Positions 37,285 through 51,442 of a stretch of DNA of 64,000 nt are shown here, in pieces (the first letter of the stretch is position 1; each line of letters opens with the position of its first letter). Made by a program: the position numbers and the translations under genes. Source of the stretch: Octopus vulgaris. Its lineage: Eukaryota. The stretch is from the NCBI GenBank assembly GCA_951406725.2, contig OX597822.1:79112001-79176000 (forward strand), given 5' to 3'. The notes under the pieces were generated by a model that saw only the letters and a program-made list of their open reading frames with translations, did no database searches and had not been told where the DNA came from.

Positions 37285-39304
37285 AGGCACACAAACACTT
37301 TATATACATACATACATATAACACATATTCATCAACATTTCCACTCACCATGAAAAAACCCAAGGGAGTCTATAAGGTTTAGAATTTTCACTTAGCTTTT
37401 TATTTTCCTCCATCATTTTATTTTTCTACTATTTCTAATTTGCTTTTATCATTAGTTTGTTTCTTGGTGGATGCTGGCAAATAAATAACCACTTAGTGTG
37501 TTTTTCTCTTCACACACACACACACACACACTGTCTTGTTTTAATATAAATTCGTATATGGAGTGAAACTTCTTTTCCATCACCATTTCTCTCTCCCCCT
37601 TTTCTCTTGCACCCCACAGACATCTCAAAGAGGTCTCTCAGTACAAATTTCTTTAATTTTAATCCTTTGGTTTCAATGTCCTGCAATCAATGTTACAGTC
37701 AAGAAGAAAATGGCAGCTGACTGAAAATAATCCATTTTTCCAAAATATTGAGTCATCCTCATCACCACCACTTCCTCCACTTCCCACCATCATCATCATC
37801 ATCTGCACTGTTTCCTGGCCATCAACAATGCCTCATCTACTCTGCCAACACCAGTAATAATATCAGCACTGCTGACATCACCACTCTTTCTCCATCAATG
37901 TGTTTCCAATCATACTAATACTAATGTTGCCAAGATCTCTCAACAACCAGCATTGCTGGCATTAAATAACGGTCAGCACCACTGTCACCAGTAGTAACAC
38001 CACTGAGACTAACACTGATATTGTCAGTGCCAACAACACTAATATAACGGTGCCAGAATCACCACCACCACAGCTGCTGCCAACATCAGCACCAATACAG
38101 TTACCACAACTACCAGGGAAAAAAAAATCAGTAGTTTCTGGTTCCTATCAACAAGATTTCTACAACTAGAAGTTTTGTGAACAGACAAGAAACAAAAAAA
38201 AAGAAAGAAAAAACCTATTATCATTGCCACTGTTTTAATGTCCTTTGGTTGAATAGGTCTGCAATATAATATTGCTGTTTATCTACAACAGTGGTGGCCA
38301 TTTTCCTTTTTTATTCTTCTCTGCAGTAAGTATAATACAGATAAAATTCACTATACTATGAAAATCTCTGGCACTGAAAAATCACAAATAGAAACTTTGA
38401 ACCATTTTGTACAATCAGTTTCAGTTTTCTATCTTCTCAACTAAGGTAAATAACAAAAAAAGGAAAAAAGAAGGGTTAGGAAAATATGTGGAAACTTGAT
38501 AAAAATTAATATAATCTAAGATATTCTTTGTTTTGGACAAATTCCACAAATTTTATTGAATTGTTAAACGTGCACAACAAAGTCAGCTTGTAGAGTCTTC
38601 TCTTATTTATGAGAAGTTTAGCAAATTATCAAAACACTGGATAAGACCCAATATGCCTGAATCATATGCTCTTCCATCTTGACCTCTGTCAAAACGAAAG
38701 TGTGTTATGTTCAAACTGTGGTGTTGCTTAGAGATAAAAAGCAACGAAAGTTAATTATGTATTGCACTACACAGTATCTAATGTAATCTATAAGGAAGCA
38801 AGCAAGACTCTGCTTTGCGGTGTAGATTGCTTTGGGTTAAAATGGAAGTTCATGAAAATACAAACATTGATCAGCAAGTAAATTGTTGTGATTTGAGTTG
38901 CTTCAGACTCTCCATGAGCAAGTCATACCTGGGTCACATGTTCTGACTGCAGGTGCATGGATGGAATAATAATGGGCTCATATTAGAAGGACACCAAAAA
39001 ACACATTTGAATTAAGTGCTGAAGTCAGACCAAATGATGTTCGACCTCACAGACAAGATGAGACAATGTCATAATGAGTGGTAATACAATACATTGCAGA
39101 CTTGCCCAAACCATAGTAGCATGCAAAAATGGATATTAAAACTGTAAAGATGAGATTGGTAGAGGTGTGTGTGTTTCCATCTCGCTCTTCCTCTAATATA
39201 CACATGCACGCACGCGCACGCGCGCGCGCACGCACAGACACACACACACACGTGAACCTGCTAGCCATCCTCTGTATGTGTGTGTATAAACAAATCATTG
39301 TCAT

Positions 39305-39673
39305 CATTAAACATCCACTTGGCCATGGATCAGATGGAATTTATTGCAGCAGATTTTTACAGCTGGATGTCCCTCCTGTTGTTGGCCCTCACCTGTTTCT
39401 AAGCAATGTAATATTTTCCCATAGTTATATACGTTGTTCATGGAAGACTGGATACAAACAATGTTGCTTGCATGATGATGATGATGCTCATTTACAACCA
39501 TCATGTGATGTCTAGACAAAGGCACAAACATATATATGATGCGCTTCTTTCTGTTTCCATCCACCACAGCTTTGGTTGAACTGGGACAATAACAAAATAC
39601 TTGCCCAAGATGCTGCCCAGTATGACTGAACTGAGACCACATGGTTGGGAAGCAATCTTCTTAATCCCCACAG

Positions 39674-39675
<2 letters not shown>
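39305..39675 (-). mobile_element. SINE family A copy
   Basis: Reverse complement of the head (CCACATGGTTGGGAAGCAA) and of the RTE-like tail. Confidence 0.75.
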
Positions 39676-39711
<36 letters not shown>

Positions 39712-40981
39712 AGAATGCAAACATGGTTGTATAGCAAAGAAATTCACTTTGCAACCACATGGTTCCAAGTTCAATCCCACCTTAGGCAAGTACCTTCTAT
39801 CATTATTCCAAGTTTGACAATACCTTGCAAGTGGAATTTAGTAGGCATAAACTGTGGGGAAGCCCACAACCTGTGTGCATGCATATGTATGCATGCTGGT
39901 GTAAATGCTTTAGGATATGTAAATCCAGGAAGTTAAAGAGTCATAATTAAGAGTCATAAAAATAAACACATTAATAAAATGAGTTTAGTTCTTTTGCTTT
40001 GTTTTAATTCCTTCTTTGCTCTCAAGCACACTGGGCAACAAGCTGACACCACTAGTTTCTGTTGACTGCAGATTTCTCTGTGTCAAGTCATGTGATATTG
40101 GCCTCTCTTATGTCAGTTATGACCATTCTGCACTAAGTAGTTTTTTGTCTTTTTTTTTTTTTGTTTTCTCCCCTGGTGGTGACCAATTCAAAGTTGTTTA
40201 AAACAGAATGATAGATGGAGTATGTGACCTGTTAGTTTCAACTGTCATTCTGTGATGACATTGCTAAGTGACCTTGATTTGGCCCTCTGTTGAATAGGTG
40301 CTGGGGTTGATATACTTGACTAAAAAACAAACACTTGAAGATTTTGCTACAGCATGGTCACAGCCCAGTGACTGAAACTAACAAAAGAATAATAAAGTAA
40401 CATATGTGTTGCTGTATTACATTCTCTTTATGATTGTATTTAATTCTTCCTTTAAAGTTTTATAAATCTGTAACTTCTTTTCTCACTCGTGCCTCTTCCC
40501 TCACTCACCCATATTCAACTACTAACCAGCAACATTTGGAATTAACCATTAATCACTTAAATATCACCCACTACAAGTGCTTGTATTACTTTCTCTCTGA
40601 TGACTGTAATGGAAACAACCACCTCTTATTGCTCCTCCTAGGCATAAATAAATATACAAACTACTATGCAAATACCAAACTTTGAAGAATCATCCAACAA
40701 AAATTACAATAGAAATTATATAGACATGGAGAGAGCAAGACAGACAATCAGAAAAGAAAACGCTGAAACAACATGTAAGGAAAAAATAGCTAAAACCCTA
40801 AGATATACAGTCTCATGTTTTTATGGATGTGTTGTTAGAAATGCTAATTTAGATATTTACATAACCATAAAACTTAGCCAGTTTCTCTGGACATCAACGA
40901 TAATGGTTTTGGAATTTTTTGTTGAATACTATCAGCATCTGTTGTATGTGTGTGTGTGTGCATTCATGTATACATATATAT

Positions 40982-41027
<46 letters not shown>

Positions 41028-41329
41028 GGAGTTGAAAAACTTTTATAAAGTATAATTATATAAGCAGTTAGTCAGCAAAAGCTCCCTCAAGGATATTTAA
41101 AATTTAAAGAAAGCAAGGAGATAACTATAAGATTAATCAGTTGAAATGTTTGAACAATATAGACAATACAGATTGGAGTAGACAACCTGGCCTTTGAAGC
41201 CAACTAGTGAAAGCAACAGATGTGTTTCAGTTTTATTAATCTTCTTCAGTAGAGCACATTCTGCACAGCTGGCTGAAGAAAAAAATGATTACTATACATA
41301 AATGATCATATATATATATATATATATGC

Positions 41330-41813
41330 ATTGGGCCTCATGAAGGCAGTGATGTCAATCTGAGTGAGATTGTAGTTGTGGCCAATGCCAGTGTCAAGTA
41401 ACTGGTCTATTAAAAGCACCCTTCAATTGTTGGGCGATATGCTGTACTTGTCAAGACCTGTTGAACTGAGTGAAATTGTAGTCATGGCCGATGCCAGTGC
41501 TGTCTGACTGGCACCTGTGCTGGTGGCATGTAAAAAGCAACATTCGAGCATTTGGCCTCATGGCAATATACCATGCTTGTGTTGACCTGTTAAGCCAAAT
41601 TAGATCGTAGTTGTGGCCGATGCTGGTGTCAGGTCAATGGCACCTGTGTCAGTGGCACGTAAACAGCACTCACAACACTCTTGGAGTACTTGGTGTTAGG
41701 AAAGGCATCAAGCTGTAGAAACCTTGCCAAATCAAATTGGAACCTGATGCAGCCCTTGGCTTATCAGTTTTCAGTCAAACTGTCCAATCCATGCCAGCAT
41801 GGAAAGTGGACAT

Positions 41814-41891
<78 letters not shown>
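41330..41891 (+). mobile_element. Repeat family C, long copy with ~120-bp subrepeats and an expanded (GAT)n tail
   Basis: Three units of GTAGTTGTGGCCGATGCCAGTG..AAAAGCAC, then the standard 3' end; ~25 GAT units at 41815-41891. Confidence 0.85.
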
Positions 41892-43363
41892 CAAATGTAG
41901 TGACACTGATTATGAATACCAACAATATTGCTAACAGGAAATATAGAAAAGTGTTTTGTATACTAACTACAAGTAAGGTATGATCTCACATATATAATAT
42001 AAAAACTTTGATTGAGAATTACTAACACCAATAATCAACAGAATAACTGTGAAGTATAACAAAAATAATTCCTAGCAGACTCAAATCTTGTAAGTGAAAC
42101 TGAATAGATGCTGATTATGTGGAAGTTTGTGAGATAAATGTTCACCTGTTTAAGATCACAACCTAGTAATATGGTGCCTTCAACAGTTAGATTCTATTCT
42201 GTTACACATTAAAATATAGACATACATAAAAATAGAGATACAAACACAGTTATAGAACTGCACATATTATGTATACATGCATGCATGCAATGTAATATAT
42301 GTACATACAGGCTTGTGTGTTGTTTAATATGTAGATACATTTCAATGGAACCAATATTAATGGAACATCCTCGAGAAAATTCTGCCAAATGCAAAACCTA
42401 AAAGAACTCATAATGTTGTTAAGACTGACAAAAAAAATTATGTGCAGTTATAGACAGAAACTGTGTGGAAGGCTATCGTGTGTGTGTGTGTATAGATATA
42501 TACCTCGCCTGTGCTTGTGCCATGTAAAAAGCACTAAGTCCACTCTGCTGAGTGGTTGGTGTTAGGAAGGGCATCCAGCTGTAAAAATTCTGCCAAAACA
42601 GTCACAGAAACCTGGCACAGGCTTTGGGCTGGCCAGCTCTTGTGGCACCGTCCCACCATTGCTAGAATGGGAGATGGATGTTAAACGATGTTGATAGTGA
42701 TGATATATACCTGTATGTATGCATGTATATATGTGTGTGTGTTTGTCCCTATCACCCTTATGCTTGACAACTTGTGATGGTTTGTTTATGTCTCCCATAA
42801 CTTAGTAGTTTGGCATTAGGATGATAAAATAATTACCAGGCTTAAAAAGTAATACTGGAGTTGACTGTTCAAAGTGGCACCCCAGCATGGTCATAGTCTA
42901 ATGACTGAAGCAAGTACAAGATAGATATAGAAATAAGCTTCCCTGCAGATGTTGACATTTCTTTCAAAACTCACAGAAGAAGATGATATATATAGACAAG
43001 TGTTTCTCTACACTGACTGTAGATTCACAGTTATACTTTTGATTATTGGTGATTTGGCTATGTTACTAAATGTTCAAGTGACAGGCTTGAAAACAGAAGC
43101 TTTCAGGCAAAGAAAGAAAGCAAATACAATATGTTAGTGAAGCAGAGAAATAAACAAAACTCTTCTAAAATTCAATGTCTAACTCGTTACTGTTGTCATT
43201 AGCTAAATTCCAAAGTTGGAGCTTTGATTCTTTGTTTGAAACCAAATCCTTTATAGTAAGAATTCAAATAATTTAAAATGGAAGATAACATAAACACACT
43301 TAATAGATCCATGCAGAGTAAGACAAGCAGACTGTAAATCTGACAGACAAACAAACAGATATG

Positions 43364-43404
<41 letters not shown>

Positions 43405-44116
43405 TGTGTGTGTGCACATGCGCGTCTGAGTTTACAAACCAGAGGAATAAATTATTCTCTATAAAAGTGAACATTCATTATAAAGCTGAGGTTAATTTCA
43501 GTTACTACCCAGAGTTTTGCATGTAGTAACACTGAATAATTTCAGCTCTACTACATGTATCATTGTTGTCATTTTTTACCTTCACTTTCTCATGCTTGCA
43601 TGGGTCAGACAGACAGATAGATGGATAGCTAATGAGATAGATACATATTGATATAGACAAACTGCTAAATAGAAACAAAACAACAAAGTAAAATAACATA
43701 AAAAATAATTTGTATATAACCTGGTGGTGATTACTCTCTTAATGTGCACAAGGGACCTGTTAGAAGAAAACAGTGGTGGTGGGAGTGGACGAAGAGGAGG
43801 AGATAAAGCTAACTGAGCTGTACAGTTTCCATTCCATTTGCTGCTTTTTTTTTTATACACGCAATATTCATTCTCTGTTGCTGCACTGAAAGATTTATTA
43901 CCAAAACCCTGACAAGTGTGTCTAAAAGAGGTAGGTGAAGAATCCCCATAGCTACATGTTGACATTCAGAAATAAATCAAGCAGGCACTAAAAAATAAAT
44001 AAATAAAAACAGAAGGAAAGCTCAAAATGTAGACACATTTGTATACATACATAGTATGTGCACACATGCGTGTGTGTTTATATATGTATATGTAAACTCT
44101 ACAAAATGTTTTTATT

Positions 44117-44168
<52 letters not shown>

Positions 44169-44581
44169 TTTATTCTTTCGAAACTAAATTTCCGTATGAG
44201 TCACCACTTGCAGTTTCTTGTCTTCCATCCTCATGCAGACTCAGTTATGAATAAATATACATTTGGGCAAGCAAAAAGAAAAAAAGTACTCAAGATATGT
44301 TGTGAAGTTTATATATATATATATATATATACAAACACACACATATTGTATATTGTGTGTGTGTGTGTGTGTGTATGAATGGATAGATATTAGATAGTTG
44401 GATGCATAGATACATACACTCAATGTGATTTCAAATTCTCCAGCTAGTAAAACTGGAAAAAAAGAAAAAAGAAAGAAAGAAACCTGCTGCAGACTCATGT
44501 CCTCTTCATGGGATGTGAACTTCCTCAAGCTTTTAATACCATGCTCCTAAATATATGTATGTATATATATATGTGTGTGTG

Positions 44582-44720
<139 letters not shown>

Positions 44721-45221
44721 TGAAAATAGCACAGAAGTAAATCTATGACATTTTAATTTAGAAGGAATGATTTTAAAATCACAAAGAAAATAGAGAATGT
44801 TACTGGTTTCAATGATGAATCTCATCTTATTAAATAGTAAAAATTTGAAGTGCAAACATTTTATCTTCTTAACATGTCTGGAGTATTTTCGTTGAACTCT
44901 TCTTTAAATATAGTTTGGTATAGAGAGAGAAAAAGAGAGGGAGTGTAGTTGACTATTGTCTAAAGAAAATTATGTGTGTTTCGACAAAGTACTAAACAAA
45001 TCAACAAAAGAATCTCAAAAACTCTACATGGTCATTCAATATGTTTAGTGTTATAGCCAAATTTCTTCAAATTTTTCTTCTACACCTTCCCCTCAACACT
45101 TAATTGAGATGAGATATGGTTCAAAAATACTGATCAGATATTCCTTTATCCAGTTACAAATGCAGGAAGGTTCTACTCAATCAGAGTAACCCAGGACAAT
45201 TTAAAGCATGATGTGACAATT

Positions 45222-45793
45222 GAGTGCCTGACAATTCAGCGCATAGACCATTCAGCGAATAGACCATTCAACGAATAGACCATTCAACGAATAGACCATT
45301 CAGCACATAGACCATTCAGCATATATACCATTCAGTGCATAGACAATTCAGTGTAGAGCATTTTATTGAACTTAGGTAAAGGTTATTATGGGGATAAAAA
45401 AAAGAGGAAAAAAATCCAATTATTTATTTAAAAACATGTAATGATAAAAAATACAATAAGAATTAAAAATGCTAAATTACATTCTTTGATCCAGTAGTCA
45501 GCTAGTTAAATTTTCATAGGATATTCAAAAGGTGTAGTTATTGTTTCGTATAAGCGCGTGTGTATGTATGTTCATACTTTTTTGCAAGTGTTTGTTTCAT
45601 GTATATGTATGCTTTTTGTTTATGTCTAGTTAATCTATTCTATGACTGCTGTGTTTGCATGTGCATGTGTTTTAGATATACAACCAACACTGATAATAAT
45701 GGAATAATAAATTACATATATTACATGTGCTGAATTGTCTATGCACTGAGTTATCTAGTGTTTGAATTGTTGGCGCTGAACTGTCGGCACTGA
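45222..45793. mobile_element. Foldback/MULE-like MITE with TIRs made of 16-bp tandem units
   Basis: Left: 7-8 x CATTCAGCGCATAGAC (45230-45354). Right: inverted units TGCTGAATTGTCTATGCACTGA..GCGCTGAACTGTCGGCACT (45727-45793). Confidence 0.75.
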
Positions 45794-46667
45794 ATAGCAA
45801 GGAAAATACAAGTCAGTAGGGGAGTTCTGTATATAATTGCTTGACCAGATTAAAGTAACGACCAAATCTCTTTTAGCAAACTCTTTACGGTTGGTTATTA
45901 CATCTCTGAAGTTCTTACATCTGAGAACAGCATGCTACAAACATGTCTATTAAAGTAGATTTGTTCAGGGTTACCCCACAGCAACAACAATAACAACCTC
46001 ACTGTCACTCCATAAACACATGAAGAAGCTTCTATCTATATGGTTGCTCTACATACTAGAAATAGCAGACAAATCTCTCTAAAATCATACCCTTCTGTTT
46101 TAAAAAATGGGAAACATCCATTGAATAATGTAGTTCTAGATATACTATTCCTGAAAATATGATTTAGTGGTTTCAACAATAAAGCCTTTTGATCATAGAG
46201 CTAACTTGTGGCTAAGCAACAATAATAACACTGCTTCTCCTTACTGTTATTGAATAACAGTATAATTTAGTGAATCAAGCTGAAGGACATATCTATCTTG
46301 TTAGCTCTGGGTAAGTGAAAAAGCCCACTCAGCCAGTGCAGGATTTGAACTTAAAATAAGATGTGGTAGGTAGGAATAGGGATAATGGTTTCTAGCATAG
46401 GCCTAAGATAGATATTTTGGGAGATAGAACACTTGATTAAATTGACCCCAGTAATTGACTGGTATTCTATTTCAGACTTCTTACCAATGAAAGGAGGGAA
46501 TTATGTTCAGAATATAAAGAAATGTAACTAAGTGTCATAAGACATTTGTCTGATCCTTTACTGAACAATGACTCAATGTCATTCCCATGTGTTACATAGC
46601 AACAACAATATAATAGTCAACATGAATCAACCCCATTAAATATGTGTTTATTACTTCTTTGGCTGTA

Positions 46668-46895
46668 AGGCAGGAAGCTGGCAGAATTTTTAGCACATGA
46701 AATAAAATGCTTAACAATATTTATTCTGACTCTTTATGTCCTGAGCTCAAATTCTACCAAGGTCAATAACACCTTCCATCCTTTTGGGGTTGATAAAATA
46801 AAGTACCAGTCAAACACTAGGGTAGATGTAATCAACTCACATATTTCACCCAGCTCCCATTCTAAAATTGCTGGCATTGTGTCAAAATTTGAAAC
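46668..46895 (+). mobile_element. SINE family B copy
   Basis: AAGGCAGGAAGCTGGCAGAATTTTTAGCAC head, family core and CAAAATTTGAAAC tail. Confidence 0.8.
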
Positions 46896-49614
46896 AGTTT
46901 TTTGGCTGTGTAATTCTAATACAGTCACATTGCCACATGTTTTAAAGGAGAAGCAACAATTATACTGACTATTTAATTTAATTAGTACTAGATTGTATGT
47001 ACTCCAGAATGAATGAAAGATAAAGTCAACCTCAGCAGGATTCAAGTGTAGAACAAAGAGGAATACAAGTAAAGAATGAAAGGCATCCTGTCTACAACAA
47101 TTCTTCTTATTTTGACTGTCCACTACCCTGACACTACATAAGTATATCTAACATTTCCACATAGCCAGAAAGTTTAGTGGAGAGAAGAGTGGATTGTCTT
47201 GACTTCAGTAGGTTACAGGTACTTATTTTACAGACCATGAAAAGCACACAGTCAAGTTAATCTCTTTAGGATTTGAACTTGAAATAAAACTAAATAATTC
47301 AAGCTATTATGTCTATCATTCTACACATTCTAGCAATCTACAACTCTGACACTCAGTACTGCAAAGCAATTCTGTCCACTATTCTACCATTTATGCCAAC
47401 TCACCACCTTCTCAATATTAATTATTGAAATTCTTCAACACAAATATTTCCAATTCCACAAGTGAGAAGAATGAATGACAGAATTCTTGCTTGAAGCAGT
47501 AAATTCCAAATGCATGTGAGCATGCACCTGTGCCATAAACTGCAGTCACAGTTATTAGAACTTACATCGATGAGTCATTGCAGAAGTTTGTCAGATGTTT
47601 TACAGCAGGTTGTTAGTCATCTGTTATAAATGAACTCAAAAGGTGGTTGGCAAACCTGTCTGTATGACTGCACGGTTGCCCACCTCTGGGCAATAACACC
47701 CACATCAATGCATACAATCATACACCAACTAGGCACAAACACATACACAAAGAATAATTATTTAACACATGAGCATAAATATGAAAACACACATTCCCAG
47801 ATGCACAATTTTCTCTCTGTCTCTGTCTGTCTCACTCACACACACTCACCTCATCCGCTCTCTCAAGCTGGATTTTCTCCTCAGCATATATAATCTCTTC
47901 CTCTTTTCATTCATACAACTACCCTCCCTTACTCTATTTTGCTCTCCCTTGCATGCATACATAATCTCTTTCACACCTGTTCCTTTTTTCCACATCCTCT
48001 CTCCCTCTTTCTCACTCTCCTCTCACTCTCCCTCTCTCCTACACCAAGGCACATAGCTAAACCATGTCCCAATCTTTAAGCATATCCCACTAAAACACAT
48101 ACATAGACACATGGAAACATGTCCCCCTATAATCTCACTCATTTACCATACACACACACGCCAAACCTAAAAATCTTTAAGCTGAAGGCTCTAGGGAGAA
48201 ATAGGAAGCAGCTCAAAATTTGACAAGAGATCAGTAATAGTGGTGGTGGTGGCAGGTGACAATGATAGAGGTGGTGGTGGTTTTAGCTGTAGTGGTGTTG
48301 GCTGAATGCAGTGGTGGTGATGGCGATGGTTTGATGCTGTTGGTGGTGATTGTTGTAGTGGTGGATGTGGTAGTGACAGTGTAGCAGTAGTAATGCTAGT
48401 TGATAAAGTTGTGATGGTATTTTAGTAATTATGCTGGTTAGTGCTGGTACTGGCAATGATGATAGTTGTAGAGGTGGTAATGGTGATGGTAGTGGGGGTG
48501 GAGTGGTGGTAATGGTGATGGTAGTGGGGGTGGAGTGGTGGTTGTGGTGATAGCACTGGTGCAAGCAATGGAAGGGGCTTTGCCATTCCAACATGTGTCA
48601 AGAGAGAAAATAGAAAAGGAAGAGACAGTAGGAAGTAGTGCAATGGAAGAATGCAGCTGATAATCAGAGAATTAAGCCAAGCAGGACTATATGTTTCAGT
48701 CCGGTCGGTCAATCCATCAATTTAGCCGTTTTGCTACTGGTGGAGAAAGAGAGACTATATGGTTAAGGAACCGTGCCGGTGAATTAACAAGGCTAATAGA
48801 GTAAAGATATATAGAAGGGGGAGAAGGGAAGGAAGATAAATGATGGGCGAGTGCCTCAATGCAATGACAAGAAGAAAGAATAAATGAATGAAAAAAGTCT
48901 AAAAGGATGAAGAAAGAGAGGGTGAAGAAAGATAAAAGAAAAAGAAATAGAAAAATTAGAAAAAAATTGAAGGAAAAGAAATGGAAGAAAAATTATAAAT
49001 TCAAATTTATGTAGGCACATATATATTCTTTATTTTATCATTTTTAATGATTTCAGCCAGAGACTGCGGCCATGCTGGGGCATCGACATTGAAATAATTG
49101 TGTCGTTTATATTTATATACATACATTTACAAATATATTTTACACGTATGGACACATAGATGCATACATATCTACACACAACTACACACTCCTAAGAACT
49201 ATATACAGGTCAATGATAGAGCCTCTAAATGGCTGCTCAATATGCTAGAAATAACTGCTAAACCTCCATCAAACTGCACTACTTCTCCAAATGAGGGGGA
49301 AAATATAGTAAAGAAAATAATGTAGCTCTATGCATTCCTAAAAGACAGGATGTTAAGACTGGAATGGCTCTGATTGTAGGCTGCTTCATCTGAATCGACT
49401 TCACAACACAAAGATATATATAACACACATATAAACGTATGTATATACACTTACACATTTATATTCACAAACACAGAATCATTCACATACAGACAGAGAG
49501 TAAAAGTATAAAACAGAATATTAAATCAGAAAACTAGTAACCACAGGGAATAGACCTACATATTTTTACCAACCTCTATAAACAACTTTCTATCAAATGT
49601 TCTCTTTCTCCATT

Positions 49615-49659
<45 letters not shown>

Positions 49660-49814
49660 AGTTGACACACTCATTCTTATGGTCACTTTTTCTTAAGATC
49701 ACATATTCCTTTTGCTTTCCTCTCTTTCACACACATGTACTTTATTTTTTTCTTCAAAGATAGCAAAGATAACAGCAGAAAAGTAAGTAAGTAAGTAAGT
49801 GTGTGTGTATGTGT

Positions 49815-49845
<31 letters not shown>

Positions 49846-51388
49846 CGCGTGCGCTTGTGTATACACACACAAGAAAATTCCCCTGTCCTGCATTATGGAA
49901 TTAATGCATTCCTGAAAAACTTGTCATAATGCAAAATCCCATAACATGAAATTAATTTTCCCATTGAATTTCATGATATACAGTGATAATGTGTTCCAAT
50001 GAATTCTCAGCAACCCTCACCAAAAAAAAAAAGAAAAAGAAAAAAACACAGACACACACACATACATAAAAAAACAATGAAAAAGCCAGCAACATGACTA
50101 TTTTTATTCACGAATATAACAATACCTACACGTATGTAGTACAATATATATACATAAAAACATTTGAAGAGAAATATATTAGGGTACAAATAAGAATCAT
50201 AATATTGTGATAGAATACGCTCTTACCATAAAACATGTTGACTACTGTGTGAGGGATTGTGGTGGTGGAATGAGAGTTACTTAGAGGATAAGAGATACTA
50301 TCTTCTATCTTATAGTTCATCATCAACATCTACTTGAGGGGTAAAGAGCTCATCCAAAATTGTTTGAAGTTTATGGCACACTGTCTCTTTGTACAGCTCA
50401 ATGTAGGAGCTGAGCTCGTTAACTCCTCTTGTAATTATTATGTTACTTTCATGATTATGGTTGTTAACAACAATAACAAAAAAAAATTTGCAGATCTTCC
50501 TCTATAAGTGCTAACCTTTTAGCAATACTCCTTGCAGTTATTTTAAGTGGATATGGTAGAATTTCCATATTCTCATCTGTATTCTCAGCTGGCTCTTGTT
50601 CTAACAGCATCAGGTCCTTGCACGATAAACTTCATGGAACACTACCAGCTCAATCATACCATTTTCTATCCTACATCATTTGCATACGTCAATAGCTTTC
50701 TGAAATTAAAGTAGACTTTCTGCTTGTGGAAAACTTGTAAAGTCATGGATACAGTGTAGCCAATTATTTTTCCAAGCACTATTCAAAGTTGAGGGTTTCA
50801 CTTCTCCCATTTTTAATATACAAACACATATCAGACCAGAGTAATTTAGTTCTGGTATAAGTACAACACAAAAGACTACCTTCTACAGTACTACCATAAA
50901 GTGAATATTTAATGCATCACCATTTGAACTTAATTATTGACCCAACCCTTAGCATTTGACTTCAGCCCAACCCAGTTATGTATTCTTTGTGCTTCATATA
51001 AACCTTGTAGCTTACCAGTTGAAATTTATCTTTATATTACAATTTATAACTGCATTTCCTATATGTTCACACACACATACATACACACACACGTATTGAT
51101 TTCTCTGCCTTCATGTGAGTTAACAGATGACCTCCTACTCACCCAGGAGGAAGTATTCCTTACTTTAAAAAGCATTGGTGTACATCTGTAATAAAAATAT
51201 TCAAGCCACAGCTATTACTTAACCATTTTTCAATAACATGTCCATTCAGTTTTTAAACGGTAAGAAGTTTGGAAGATTTGGTTAGTATTTCTCCCAAGTC
51301 AAGCAACCAGATAGAGGCTCCCTCATCAGTTCAACACTGCTTAAATGTAGAGGATGTTTATTATATGCTGCTTGATCAATTAAAAAAA

Positions 51389-51442
<54 letters not shown>

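Noticed and set aside
37760-38115. Thr/His-rich mucin-like stretch (also 48240-48550)
   Set aside because: Degenerate CAC/CAT trinucleotide low-complexity DNA with stops and no splice framework
38300-38335. Strong + strand acceptor followed by TAAGTA, resembling a ratchet point
   Set aside because: The sequence is CAGTAAGT, not CAG|GTAAGT, so a donor is not regenerated in the canonical way
40666-40983. 105-aa ORF as a host exon or Penelope RT
   Set aside because: Only a faint FMDVLL / DIY resemblance across frames; no recognisable domain
45230-45354. Regularly repeated 16-bp unit resembling a CRISPR array
   Set aside because: The units are contiguous with no unique spacers, there are no cas genes, the context is eukaryotic, and the unit is mirrored at 45727-45793 as a TIR
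47560-47640. Minus-strand 55-nt exon-like segment (TTTATAACAG|...GAT|GTAAGT)
   Set aside because: Stops in all three frames and a weak pyrimidine tract; cannot be supported without RNA data
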